The notes beneath the pieces are model-generated. The model searched no databases, was not told the DNA's origin, and worked only from the letters and a program-made list of their open reading frames with translations. From Perkinsus chesapeaki ATCC PRA-425 (lineage: Eukaryota > Protista > Perkinsozoa): a DNA stretch of 36,844 nucleotides. This document shows positions 1-12,226 of the stretch, piece after piece (positions within the stretch are counted from its first letter, which is position 1; every line of letters begins with the position of its first letter). The stretch is taken from the NCBI GenBank assembly GCA_013115145.1, contig JAAPAO010000357.1, positions 1-36,844 of the forward strand. Direction: 5' to 3'. The position numbers were made by a program, and so were the translations under genes.

Positions 1-585
1 GTCGACATCTTTCAAGAAATGCAGTCCACTGATCCCGAAGAGCCCTGTACAAAGTGTCCTGGTTATCTTGATGAGAAGGTTATTGTTTGTCGTTATCCCG
101 ACACCACTGACTGCGGCTTCCGTGATGACATTCTTCCCGTAACTTGGGATCGCCTCTCTTGGGCTGATTGCAAAGTTCCCAGCCGTCCAGCTCGTACCCT
201 CGAACATCAAATAGGTGGTGACCCTGAGTTTCGTAATTTGCAGAAAGTGCCTGGTAACTATAAATATGGTGAACAGGTACTCGTGGTTGGTCGGCCAGTC
301 GATGACCTTGGGAAAGAGATCTATCTCGTTCACGAACACACTTCTTCAATGAGTCATGAGTCTCAATATACAGTCCTTCCCGCGGATGCTGCCAGCAATG
401 GTAACACTCCTCCTCGTGACCCTTTCTTCGCTATTCACGAAGAGACGAACGTGGCTGGTACTTGGAACTTCAGTTATTCCGTATTGCTTTTTTCCGCAGC
501 TTTTTGCCTAGTTTTTATTGGTTGGATTTATCTCAAGCATCGCTACTATCCGAGTATCTTACCCCTCAGGGGAGTAGTTGAATGA
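1..585 (+). CDS. LicD-family phosphotransferase paralog, C-terminal part (5' end outside window), with C-terminal TM helix
   Basis: Bases 1-320 match the reverse complement of 1511-1830 inside the LicD gene (14 mismatches by manual alignment). The frame is open to TGA at 583-585 and ends in a hydrophobic segment (YSVLLFSAAFCLVFIGWIYL). Confidence 0.8.
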   Translation, partial: VDIFQEMQSTDPEEPCTKCPGYLDEKVIVCRYPDTTDCGFRDDILPVTWDRLSWADCKVPSRPARTLEHQIGGDPEFRNLQKVPGNYKYGEQVLVVGRPVDDLGKEIYLVHEHTSSMSHESQYTVLPADAASNGNTPPRDPFFAIHEETNVAGTWNFSYSVLLFSAAFCLVFIGWIYLKHRYYPSILPLRGVVE

Positions 586-1830
586 TTCAGGAATCAATCC
601 GATACCGGTTCTCCAATGGGAGATCTGTTCTTGATACAGTATTATTTGAATACTATTACTTGTAGAACGATCTTTTTGTGTTCCAGTATGGCCTTAGGTG
701 AACGGTACACGGCTAAGCTAGGCTATAGGAGGTAGCGGTCGAGTAACGTCGAGTGAAGCGCGTGCGATCTAGTGGCGGCTACTTGACGATAAACCTTACC
801 ATTCAAGGATATCGAGCAAAAACGTGCTAGGATGATTAGTGAGGTTGCAATAATATGGCTCTGCTCGGACATTTCGGAGAAGACGAGTCTTGACACGTAT
901 GTTTGATCAAATGGACACCGAGCCCTGCACGTGTCCATGCAAACTACATTCTAGTGAGGTTGCCGTACGGAGAACCCGGGAAATCTAGAATGCTAGTTGT
1001 TCGACGAGCAGCCTCATTCGTTCGAAGGCTTCCTTACAACGAACGCATGCTCTAACAAAGCTAACGGTTACTTGACGTTTGATGATTGGTCCTGAGTGGG
1101 AGGCCAACTTCCTCACAAGGGGCTGCGAAACATACTATACACAAAAACGAAGGTTGAATAATCATTATTCAATAATGTCAGGTTGTAACAAATGAATAAC
1201 CTACTACATGACGTAGGATTACGGCGAAATATAACTCCCTAGCTGGGACATTGATCTCACCTTCATTGCGGGAGACATCATTCGTGTCGTACAGTGATCA
1301 GACCGATACTTAAGATAGCGCCAAATGATTAAAATTAGACAAACAAATATAGACAAGGACATAAAGCCATAACCTAGATTCCAATCGATAACCTCGCTCA
1401 CCTTATGATTAGTATTAAGAAAGTCATGATAGGGAGTGTAAACGGTACCAGCTCCCAAGCTGGCAGAAGCTGGTGGTGGGGAAGAAGACGTATTTTTCTG
1501 GGCAATAATAATTTCTTTCCCAAGGTCATCGACTGGCCGACCAACCACGAGTATCTGCTTGCCATATTTATAGTTACCAGGCACTCTCTGCAAGTTACGA
1601 AACTCAGGGTCACCACCTATTTGATGTTCGAGTGTACGAGCTGGACGGCTGGGAACTTTGCAATCAGCCCAAGAGAGGCGATCCCAAGTTATGGGAAGAA
1701 TGTCGTCACGGAAGCCGCAGTTAGTGGTGTCGGGATAACGACAAACAGTAACCTTACCATCAAGATAACCAGGACACTTTGTACAGGGCTCTTCGGGATC
1801 AGTGGACTGCATTTCTTGAAAGATGTCGAC
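1..1830. repeat. Inverted duplication, arms 1-320 and 1511-1830 (about 96% identical)
   Basis: Manual alignment gives 14 mismatches in 320 nt; the left arm is cut by the window edge. Confidence 0.95.
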
Positions 1831-2439
1831 ATGACAAGCCGTTCCGTTCAGCCGATGGAAAACGCGAAACTCGGGGTTCTCACAGTCTTCCCATTCATCT
1901 TCCTCTAAGCCCGATCCAACGCCAATCTTAATACCATACACTTCATATAGCTGGTCCTTAGGCATGAGCTCTTGGACAAGGCTGGCGATGTTCTTGTGGT
2001 CGGGGGAGGAGTGTTTCTCGAACGATTTACGACAGTCAGACTTCATTATGGAGATATCTCCATCAACATCCCACGGGACGAAGCCCTTATGATGCCGATA
2101 CCAACCAAGCAAGGTTCCGTCAGATATAGTGGCATCAACACCAATAGAATCGAGAGCATGAGTTGTAATGTTAACAACTTCAGCAAGGCACTCGAAGAAT
2201 ACTCGATTGTCTGCAAAATCTAGAACTTCTTCACTACTGCTACAGAGGGTGCCATTAAGAGTCACCTCATTCCGAGGCCATCCTGAGAGATCTATCTCAC
2301 TCAAGACCTCCTCTGGACAAAGAAAAAGATGTTCATCGGGAGCCGAGATGGGATAACGTTCCGGATATACTCGAATGAAGAGATGGCTCGATGCTGAAAC
2401 GGCTATAAGAATGCTGGACAAAAATAGTGAAAGAACCAT
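1219..2439 (-). CDS. LicD/fukutin-family phosphotransferase, intronless, signal peptide plus C-terminal TM
   Basis: 406-aa ORF with the LicD motif DGTLLGWYRHHKGFVPWDVDGDISI, a hydrophobic N-terminus (MVLSLFLSSILIAVSA) and a C-terminal TM (GYGFMSLSIFVCLILIIWRYL). Confidence 0.85.
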   Translation of the reverse strand: MVLSLFLSSILIAVSASSHLFIRVYPERYPISAPDEHLFLCPEEVLSEIDLSGWPRNEVTLNGTLCSSSEEVLDFADNRVFFECLAEVVNITTHALDSIGVDATISDGTLLGWYRHHKGFVPWDVDGDISIMKSDCRKSFEKHSSPDHKNIASLVQELMPKDQLYEVYGIKIGVGSGLEEDEWEDCENPEFRVFHRLNGTACHVDIFQEMQSTDPEEPCTKCPGYLDGKVTVCRYPDTTNCGFRDDILPITWDRLSWADCKVPSRPARTLEHQIGGDPEFRNLQRVPGNYKYGKQILVVGRPVDDLGKEIIIAQKNTSSSPPPASASLGAGTVYTPYHDFLNTNHKVSEVIDWNLGYGFMSLSIFVCLILIIWRYLKYRSDHCTTRMMSPAMKVRSMSQLGSYISP

Positions 2440-4842
2440 TACAAGAATTAGCGGAAACTAAAGAAGGAAGCATGAACCGTTTTTTCCGGCCGAAGTTCAA
2501 CGGTTGAACAGCATCTATTCACTTAGGTGAACTCTTCCGAGCTGCCGGCGGAGCTGTATCGACCGAGTTTTCACTGACACGTTGGTCAGGCTCCACCTTA
2601 GGAACGGCCTCGCCGTATACGATTACTCACAAATGGCAATCAGCATGGATCGGTCTTCGCTCTCCCTTAATCCTCTCGCCTGTCGAGATAGGCGAGACAT
2701 GCAAACTCGTCTCGTACAGTAGTGCCCTCGGCACAGCGTAGCTCTATCTCGTCCGGTGTCTCGTCTCCATTCACACCAACTGCCTAAAGATTGCACGATG
2801 GTAACACAAGTTTGCGCAGAGTGTCAAGTGTCATGCCAGCGCCTACGTTAGGAGCGCTCTTGAGAATCGCGAAAAGTGGCTTTACACGCAGCCTATAGAG
2901 TTTTCTTGCCCCCGCCGTTCAGCTGGTACCACACTCGACTAGTTCAAAGCTCCACATTCTGGCGTGTTCAAGGAATTCCTGCATACTAGTCTTAGTGAAC
3001 GATATTGCTAGGTACCATCATCGTCACTTCTTAATGAGTTATTACAAAACGAGTACAGTAACTTATAAGTAAACTAGCATCGGCCAACTCATTTATTTTG
3101 AGAGAGAGGACTTGCTCAGTTTTAACTCACTGAGTTGTCATTGGCATGCTCCTGGGTTTCAGGACGCTACAGTGTCTACGCTTTTGTAAGTAGCCCTTCC
3201 TTCGTTTCGACCTAACGATGTGTTCTCCTTCCCACTTTGCTCCCTTCTCCGGTTCAAAATGCTCAAGTTTCGGCTCTCACCACACGTCTATACGGCAACA
3301 GCTGCGCCTCAAAGGAGAGGCGGCACACAATGAAGGAGAAGGAAAATGCGATGCTTCTGTGTAGCAAGAAGTGTGCAGACTCGGCACTGCCGAGGATCAC
3401 AACTGGACTGTGAAGCATCCTTTTCTTCAGAAATTGTCATGAATTAGAGGAAGCGTTCTGCCTTTCTAGAGACATGTCTTCCAGTGACCAAGTAATACTT
3501 ATCATATCTATACAGTGTAGCATGTGGAACAATCGCTACAATAAGCTACACACTTCCTCCTAGCTCGGTGATGAGACCATGCGATATAGGCCGGCATATA
3601 AGGACCCCTGCTTTGCTTCGCCACACACGCACGCGCCATGAGCTCCCGATGTAATGTTTGATCCGGTATGATTACGCCTAGTGGCTAAGTGATTCTTCTT
3701 ATTAGAGCTGTCGTGTGAGCATTGCAGTTCACCGAAACTATAGTCAAATGCACTGGAATTGACAAATTTTCATGGTGTTTGATGGCGACAATTTCAGTAT
3801 AAAGACTAGTGCTATTTCACACACTTAATGAATCCTGCTATCACAAGGGGACTCTCTTGTAGTTCGTCCAACAACTGGTGTCACATGATGCCTGCGTAAA
3901 GGGTTTTCCAGAGACATTCTCGCTAGACCATTTCAAGCTGAAGAACAAAGACCGCTAAAACTCTCTCGAATCTATCAACATGACTAAACGCGACCCGCCA
4001 CATCGTTCTCTGAATGACGCGTATCTACGAGGGGGCATCACGCAGTGTTATAGCATCTGTTTGCCGAGTCGAATGAGCACGTACTCCCTATAATTTGTGC
4101 CACTGAACCTCACAAGCAGAACGATTTACAATGAGGAGGACTGACTAGATCAACACTGAGCTGACCGCGAGAGAATATAGTCAAGGCGATGGACAACTTG
4201 GTATGTATCAGCGGTATACACCACATATTATTATCCTTGTTATTTGTGTCTAAAATGAGCGCATCAATAGGATGCCGTAAGTCACGAGAGGACATGGCGG
4301 AGCATGCGACTGTTATGAGGGATTGATCGCATTTGATAAAAGTGAAGGCATTACGATTAGTGTGAACACTTAGCATTGTTCAGTTAATTGAGGATGCATC
4401 ACATTTTAGCCGCCTCAGTGCTGCCGAGCACATCACGCTGCGAGTTACACCAAACATTAAGCATGACACTCCACGTTAATTCAGTGCAATACATGCCGCT
4501 TTTATTTTCCTAAGACTTTCTCTGTGTTATAATGCTAGAGCTACATCATTCCCGATCGGTGGAGCCTCTGGTTTGTAATTGATAGGCTCTAGACTACTTC
4601 TAGATTCGGTTTACCAATGCTGTCATATTACGAGCTCATAGAGTAACTCAACAAGAAACATACGATTAAACAAAGCCCATTGGGTTCTCAGAAAAGGTAG
4701 CTAGGGGAAAGCGAACCTTAAGTCGGGCCACATTGCAGCAATATCAACAAACTCGCTGCTAGTGCCGAATGCGCGAAGTGGAGTCTTAGTGCCGAATCGA
4801 CTCCACCGCGGATGCAACAAAATATGGGATATGATGTAGATA

Positions 4843-5691
4843 CTAAGCTGCTCGGCTCTTTGTGATGGCCCCGCAGGCTACTATTTCATCATTGCTAGTG
4901 TCATCACTCAGCACAGTGAGTACAACAGAACGGTTAAGGACAGATAAAGGGCCGTGTAGGACGATTATATCAGAGTAAAACTCAAGGGAACTGCGACCCA
5001 GTATATTGCTGGTGAAGTTGCCCATATCGCCGACTTGTCTGGGGGTATCAGTACGGCCACCGTGAGGATTATAAAAAGGGTTATAGCCTTCACCAGTAGA
5101 CTTGCAACCATCAGGGTTGAATGTAGAGGTCTCGTGGATACTGATCTCGTATTCGGTCCACGGATGGAGCCATTTAAGGGAGTAAGAGATCTTGGTCTTT
5201 TGGTAGTCGTACTGCTCGAATGTGACCTTCCCAGTAGCCCATTTTCCACTTCCATGGCCTTCAATAGTAGCTGTAGCCGTAATGGGAAACCGAGGAGGTG
5301 TATCGACTAAGGTAACCAAGTATTCAGCAGCGGGAACTGTAAGAGCTTACAAGTTGAAATATCTTCACATCGAACGGGGAATGCATTTACGCAATGAGGG
5401 TCGAGCCACACCGTACAAGCAGTAGCATTGTTGCTACCCTCGGTCTTATTCCAGTACCTGGAAGGAAATCAACGAGCTTTACCCAACAGAGGGAGCTTAC
5501 AGGTCTTGGCACAAGCCTTGGCCCTTGCAGTAAGATCCCTTGTATCCGCACTTGGGAATGAGGGAGCAAAGGTCGTTACAGGCATCGCCGGTTGATGTTA
5601 CGTAATCATTAGCAGCTTGCAAGTCCTCGGCGGTGAGGTGGGCCACAGCCAGAGAAAGGAGGACGGTTTTGCAGAGCATGCGAAGATACAT
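4843..5691 (-). CDS. Secreted Cys-rich domain fused to a degenerate Cu/Zn superoxide-dismutase-like domain (253 aa, 3 exons)
   Basis: Exons 5691-5501, 5457-5351 and 5306-4843 join through GT-AG introns (5458-5500, 5307-5350) into 762 nt in frame. SOD-fold motifs: IHE, GCKSTG, YNP..PHGG, RQVGDMGN, SVLNRSVV, ACG. Confidence 0.8.
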
Positions 5692-7300
5692 TAGAATGGT
5701 GAAGGTTCACTTCTTAGCAAAGGTAACTTTCGAAGCCAATGTTTTCAAAAAGAACGTGACCGTGTCATGGCCGCGCCGCGTGACGTGGTGATCTGTGAGC
5801 GCTAGGGGGGCAGACCGTTGGCCCAGTCATGCTTTCTCGATGCTTTTCAGTCATGCTTTTTTCGTGTACTAAAGACCGTAAATCACAGTATGCTGGACAG
5901 GAGCATGCACTGCTATGCACTACAAGATGGCAGATCGATTTGACCGAGGGAATACAATGTGACCTAACACTAAGGATTAGGCGCCACGTCAGTTGGAATG
6001 GAGAGTATTCAGGAAAATATGGTTCGGTCTATTGACAAAGACAAGAGTAGCTACATCCATGGTTATGTCTATTCGATATCCGTTCCTTCTGGTATTGAGA
6101 TACTTTCAGTCGCACTAATCTCCTCCGTTTACATCCTTACTTTATGAAGATAGACAACTCTAGTGTACGCACGCCCAACTAAATAGACACTTTTCGGTGT
6201 CACGGCCGGTCACATGCTGTTATGCTACTAGTTGAATCGCGAAGCGGCTTCTCTACAAACCACTTCGCCCCTCCACCAATGTGAAACAGTTTCTCGCGTA
6301 ATGGAGGTGTATCTCCAGTGTCCTTAGATAAGAGTGTGGCCTCAGGCGAGTAATACAGCAATAACCTACAGAGCAAGAGAATGGCTGTGATACACGAGAG
6401 GATAACATTGGTGACGAACAGCACCAGGCGTTCTTTGAAAAGGCGTCCACTTCAGTCATTGGCCTAACTAATGGTTACCTGATGGTAGGGCTCGATTATC
6501 CCGCATAAACCCTCCCCGCTTAGGACACGTTAGTGTGAACAAAAACAATAGGGGAGGTGTTTCAACAGTCTATTCTTGCCAATGACATTCACGGAATCAG
6601 GACTAATTTAGAGTGAAGTTGACCTATGAGCGAGGGACTGTTCAACCTAATCTATATGGGCTGCTATCAAGGACTCCGGGACTTTTACTGTTACTGATGG
6701 TCCGTTAGCCGAGCAACACCTTGCCTAATCCAAACTACAGAGTCGAGTAGTAGGAAACAGTTACTCGCAGACTGCTATGAGTCGCAGTCCAGTGGACTGA
6801 GTCCACCACGATATCCAGCTATTAAGCTGCATCCCAAGTAGAATCATTCAAGGGAGCCCTAAGATAGGTCCTCGCTTATCTCTTAACTGATAGAACCGTT
6901 TATCGTGCTTGCTAGAGTCCTATCAAGTGTCATCATCCTCAGCCATTCAACTTCATCAGAGTTCCCTCACCCTGACACATGTCCTATAATTAGACTGCCC
7001 CTTCATGCTTGAGGAGGGGACATAAGTAACAGTTTGCCCAAGTAACCGCTCCGAGTCCTCTCCTGGAGATTTTTTCAGAACTGCCATTGCAACAGTTATT
7101 GCCGTTAGTGAATCTTTATTTACTTAATACGACACAAACAGATAACAGGCTACTAGCCTTGCGTGTTCTGGTTTGCTCTTCCTGGTTTCGGTGGTCGGAC
7201 TTGTTACGCTCTTTTATACTTAACAACGTCAACGCAACTTCATAACAACGACCATAGAAATGCTGCACGAATGTTATTGGTTTAATACAACAACAAGAAG

Positions 7301-10300
7301 CTATTGGTATCTTGTCACTCCACCACGCATCGCACCGGCAATCGTGGAAGACCAACCTGTGAGGAGGGAGGTACCGCCAACGGTTCGACGTTGTTGCTGC
7401 TCCGCCAGCTGCTGCGCTTTGACTGCCTGACAGATGACGCAGTTAAAGCAACTGCTATTGATTCGCTTTCGAACCTCATCTCTCATCCCAAGTGCTTCAT
7501 AGAAGCTCGCCACTTGTCGCATGTCCTTCTTGCACTTGCCAACGATCCCCTTGGCCAGATCTAATTGCTGATTTTCGATGAGGAGGGCTACGATGGGTTC
7601 GAAGCTGCGAAACGACTGACTAGTAACCTATAGCTTCGCTTACCCCATAGGTGGTCCTCCCGATCGGGCCGATCCATCCGCCAGCCGAACCAATTCAGGG
7701 AATCGCCTGGCCTTCACCAGGCATTCGATTGCAACTCTCCACCACCGCCTGTCATACTCTGGGAGGAGCTTGAATCTTGTAAGTAGCTTTCGAGCTTCCT
7801 CAACCTCGCCGATCGTTACCAGCCTTGCCACAGTCTCCCATAGTGACAAACCGACCAACTTATTCCCACCAGTACTCCACCCACGCATGATTGATTGCTG
7901 CTCTAATTGGCTTTGAATTTTACATAGTTCGCTCTCCGCTTCTAGAATAATCGCCGACTGCTGTGCCGCAGTGTCTCTCGTTAAACCGTACGCTGCTGAG
8001 AATTCCTCTCCAGCGCTTCGGAACATCTCCGTTGCATCCGATCTTGTAAGTGTGCGAATCGAGCTGCCCGAACCTCCGAACCGGCCCCACCAGCCTGCTC
8101 TCCCCTTCACTTCTTCATTTTCCTCAGGGGAGATCGGAGCGGTGATAGCCGTTCGTAGGGCAACAGCAGCTGAGTGCTGGGCACTGGTAGCTGGGCCTTC
8201 TAGAGCCCTCAGCACCGACTTTATGGCATCGTCATCTCGGAGGACTTGTCCTGTGGAATCTTGCTCCTCGCGCCATCGTTCCACGACCAATGTTGCAACC
8301 AAAGCATTTTCCTGGCTCTTTAGATTAGCTTCCTTGCATGCCTTCACCAATTCCTGAGCTGCATCCTCCTTGTGTCCGCTTGTACCGGCAAGGATAGTAT
8401 GAATGCACTGGTGTACCGAATCAGGACTGCCGAGCTCAGTGGCCTTCCTTAGGGCGAGGGCAACACTACCAAGACTGAGCAACAGACCGACGGTCTCGTC
8501 GGAGGCCGCTGGTAGGGCGCTCGACTGTTGTTGCGGTCGAGATTGCTCTTCAGATTGAGGGTAAGTTGAATCCAGTAAGAGATGGGATGCAACTGCGGGT
8601 CTGTTGTAATGCGCACAAAGACGAGCTATTATGGCCAGTGTGGTGACTGAATAGGAATCTTTGGCACTTAGGGATGTAGCTAGACATTGCTGAGGAAGGC
8701 ATCTGAGGTCGGAGACGGTAAGATACAAAATAGGTTAGCTCATGTTCACCTAAGCTTGCCCATGATTGCTGTTAGTATCTCCTTGTCTGTCATTCTAGTA
8801 GTAGATGGCCCTGCCAACAATGCCTCAACCCAGCACTCCACAGCCGGTGACGGATCACATCCAAGCCAGTCAGCTATTCTAATAAAACAAATAAATAAAA
8901 ACTACTATTGCCGTGGACACCGCATCCCTCACCTGAAGGCTAGTAACTGCTGCCCAGGTCTCTCAGCCACTCGAGCCACAACTCCTCTACAATTGGCGGC
9001 CTGTAGTAGCTTTAACTCCATCACCGAGGCTGGCATATACAAAGGAGCTTGTGCCAATGTGGCACTTACTCTAATATATGCTGCAGCTGTCACCATGCAT
9101 TGCGATATAGCTGCCATCCCGCCAGCTGTTGGCGTTGACTGGAGGAACTGCTTCCCAAATTGAGCCGCTTTCATCAGTCGACTGATTCTCTCTCGAGCGG
9201 CGGCAGTCATCGGTGGTGTCTCGGCCACAGCAGCCTCGATACAGCCAATCACCGCACGCTGTAGTTGGGCAGCAGAACGCTTATCACCTCTGAGAGCTCT
9301 AACGGACAGCTCGGCTCGGATGTCACCACTCTTAGTGTATCTTTCGTACGCATACGCCAATGTAGCTGGAGGAGATCTCGAACCAGAAATGAAGCCAAAG
9401 ACCGCCTCTGTAGAGGGGGCAACTCTCTGAATGAACAGTGTCTGGTTCAAGTCAAGTATCCTCAGACCATCAGCTTCTGTTTGAAGATGGACACCAGTGG
9501 GGAAGTCGAATGGTGGATCCAACCAATAGTCCAAAGGGTCCAATGTAAATGCTGGAGCCTGCCCACCAAGATATACAGTGTACCGCTCGTTCTTCAGATC
9601 TGACACACAGACCGCCACGGCGTCGTCGCCACACCAGACGAGTGACACCCTCGTGAAAGTCGACATGGGAGACGCAGCGTCGGCTATAGAAGAAGGGACT
9701 GGCGGACAGAAGGGGTCGGAATTTTGTGGCGCAGTGACTTTTGGCGCTCGTTTTTGGGCAGCCGCGAAATCTCCAGGAGTGATAACCACCGATCCTGTAT
9801 GCGTTGGTTGTTGTTGTGGCTCTGATGAGCCTGTCATTGATGGTAGAGGTTGATGATGATACTCTGGGCTGAGGTCGGGGGATGTCGGTAGGATACGAAA
9901 ACGACCACAATCGGATAGGAGGGCTATCTGAAAAGTAATGATAGCAACTCAGCAGGAGCAGCAGCAGCGCTGTAGAGGTTGATATGCTCCACCGTACTAA
10001 CCTCATGAAAAGTGGCTCTAGCAGAAAGATTGGTAATAACGACGCGGACGAGAATGGATCGACTCCTGCTCACCACCTTACCATGTGGGCAGAGAAGCTC
10101 TTTGCCATTGCAATAACAACCCCCTTGGGTCTCCTCCTCTCTTCATCATCCTCGGTGTTTGGTAATGTTAGGGCACCAGTAAGTATCTCCTCTTGGCGAC
10201 CATTCTTATCCAACAGCAGCAGCCTTCCACTGTTCTCTCCTATACCCCCGATTTTACCCACATTTTTAGATTCTTCCTCAACACTTATCAAACAACGTAT

Positions 10301-11708
10301 ATCATTACTGCCTGGATTTGATGCCTCCAACGGCAGCAAACACACCGGATTGGTCCCCTCCGGCAGAGGCCCGTCCCCTCCGAGATCCACCATGCCCGAG
10401 GCCGTATGCCATCCGCTGCACGCATGCACACGACCTGCTCGAGTGACAACTGCCCAACCGTCCTGCCACGTTTTGATAATCTCCACGCCACCTTCTTGCC
10501 GGAGCAACTGGTCCTGCGGTAAGGTGTATCGATGTATCACATCGGCACAGCTAGAGGTGTCAGAAGTCGAGCTTGGAGTGATCGATAAAAGTGCAACAGT
10601 TAGATCAGAGGCGATAACAGCCAAGACGGTCGGTGCGGTGGTGGACGACGAGCCAGAGGGAGTGTATCGTGCTGCTGCCCATTGCAGAGCTAACACATCC
10701 TTTGTTGGGAGTGGAACACATGCCAGAAGGGACCCTAAATAACATTGGAAGAATAGCTAACAGAAGATGAAGGGAATTTGGCAAAAAGAGCTGGTGAAGC
10801 GCGTAAAAGATGATGAAAAATGAGAAATATATTTCAATAAATTGATGGAGAATAGGAAATGTTGTAATAGACCATGATAGTGATGATGGCTGCTGTAACA
10901 AGATGGCCGTATCTTTGATTAATAACTGCAAAATCGCGAGTACTCTGCCAGCTCCTCTGCCAGATGAGGATTCCATTACAAGCTCTTAAGATTGATTCAC
11001 TGTTAGATAGAATGGACCTATTGCTCTGGGTTGTATTGGCGGTGAGAACGTCCATCTCACAAGAAAATAAACCGGATAATTGCGGCATGAAACTACCTAG
11101 AATTTTTGGAAAGAGTTCGCTACAGATACTCTTAGAACGCTCCAGAAGTATCGAGTATCCAGTGTAATCATTGCAAAACCGCACCGGTATAACATCACCG
11201 CCTCGAGACCGGCTGCTCTGTTAAATGTCTATATGTTACTAATATTATTATGAAAAAAACCAGGCATGAAGGTGTACCACTTTCGATAAGCCCCCCAATC
11301 CTCCATACTACCAGCTGCAGTGTAAATCCTAATAGCTGCTTTACTGCTGCCTTTAACCTCCTGGAGAACCTTATCATTCCGGACAATAGCTACCAAACCA
11401 CCAAAGGAGTCACTCGCCACGATATTCTTATCAGTGAAAGTATCTTTATTGCGTGCTCCAGTCCACATAGAGCTGACAGCTATGCCTGGTTCCCCCAGTC
11501 CTCCTCCCTCTCCCGTAGCATAAAGCTCTCTTGCTCGATACCAGATGCTTTTACTGGGAGCGTGCTGCCCACCACCGATGCCGATTGAATACCAATAGTC
11601 CATCATAGCATCATTGCCAGCAGCAGCATCATCTGGCTGATCGATGGACATGATGAAAAAGTCGAAACTGAGATACTCGTAAAATGAGCCAGTAATACAA
11701 AAAGCCAA
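7301..11708 (-). CDS. VPS16: Vacuolar protein sorting 16 (HOPS/CORVET subunit), multi-exon; start at 11708 or 11651
   Basis: Spliced motifs IRIYTAAG|SLLACV, SFSAHM|IALLSDCG, WCGDDAV, RWWRVAIECLV and PPMG|FEPIV. Includes a 577-nt intron at 10735-11311. Confidence 0.8.
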
Positions 11709-11749
11709 TTGGCAATAATGAAAATGTATTTAATGGTACCGAAGGCTCC

Positions 11750-12226
11750 TCAACCGACGACTCTTCTATAAAAAACATACAAAATTGCAAGGCCAATGGC
11801 GATAGCAATAATGGTAAGGACCATACGATTAGCCATCGCCCGACGTGCCATCGTATTGATGGTTCGACGAGCCGTCGTCAAGTTACTATCGACTTCATTA
11901 AGGTTATTACCGGCACGTGATATCACTTCTCTTTGGGACCTGATGATGATGGTCGTGGTCATGGTGCCCATTAATGCATTGTTATTTATTAGTACCGCAG
12001 ATCTGACATAACTCCAACAGCAACATCTTCGGTCTCCAAGGCGGTCCTTTTGGCTTCGTGAAGTTGCTGGGAGCTATCACGCAACCTAGAAAGGAATCTT
12101 ACGACGGTTTCGTGCGTCGACATACATCTCAGTGGAGTCCATCAGCCTCTGTCTGTCCTCTTGGCGAGAACGCCCCTCCTCAAGCCTATTGCTGCCGGCC
12201 GATCCGCTATAACCGCGATTATCCAT
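11750..12226 (-). CDS. Vti1-like Qb-SNARE (SNARE motif plus C-terminal TM), 3 exons
   Basis: Spliced product ...RQRLMDSTEM|LRDSSQQLHEAKRTALETEDVAVGVMSDLR|SQREVISRAGNNLNEVDSNLTTARRTINTMARRAMANRMVLTIIAIAIGLAILYVFY. Confidence 0.75.

Noticed and set aside
1154-1172. 9-bp perfect palindrome TTGAATAAT-C-ATTATTCAA downstream of LicD
   Set aside because: AT-only arms of this length are expected by chance in 37 kb.
2440-4840. 2.4-kb stretch without long ORFs, possibly decayed coding or TE sequence
   Set aside because: Frames I translated are stop-riddled and showed no recognisable transposase, RT or other motif.
6200-6459. Short - strand ORFs; TEVDAFSK resembles an integrase-core motif
   Set aside because: No further integrase residues, LTRs or splice structure support it.
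10735-11311. 577-nt Vps16 intron containing 116-aa and 67-aa ORFs
   Set aside because: No recognisable domain, terminal repeats or snoRNA box pair; long intron noted only.
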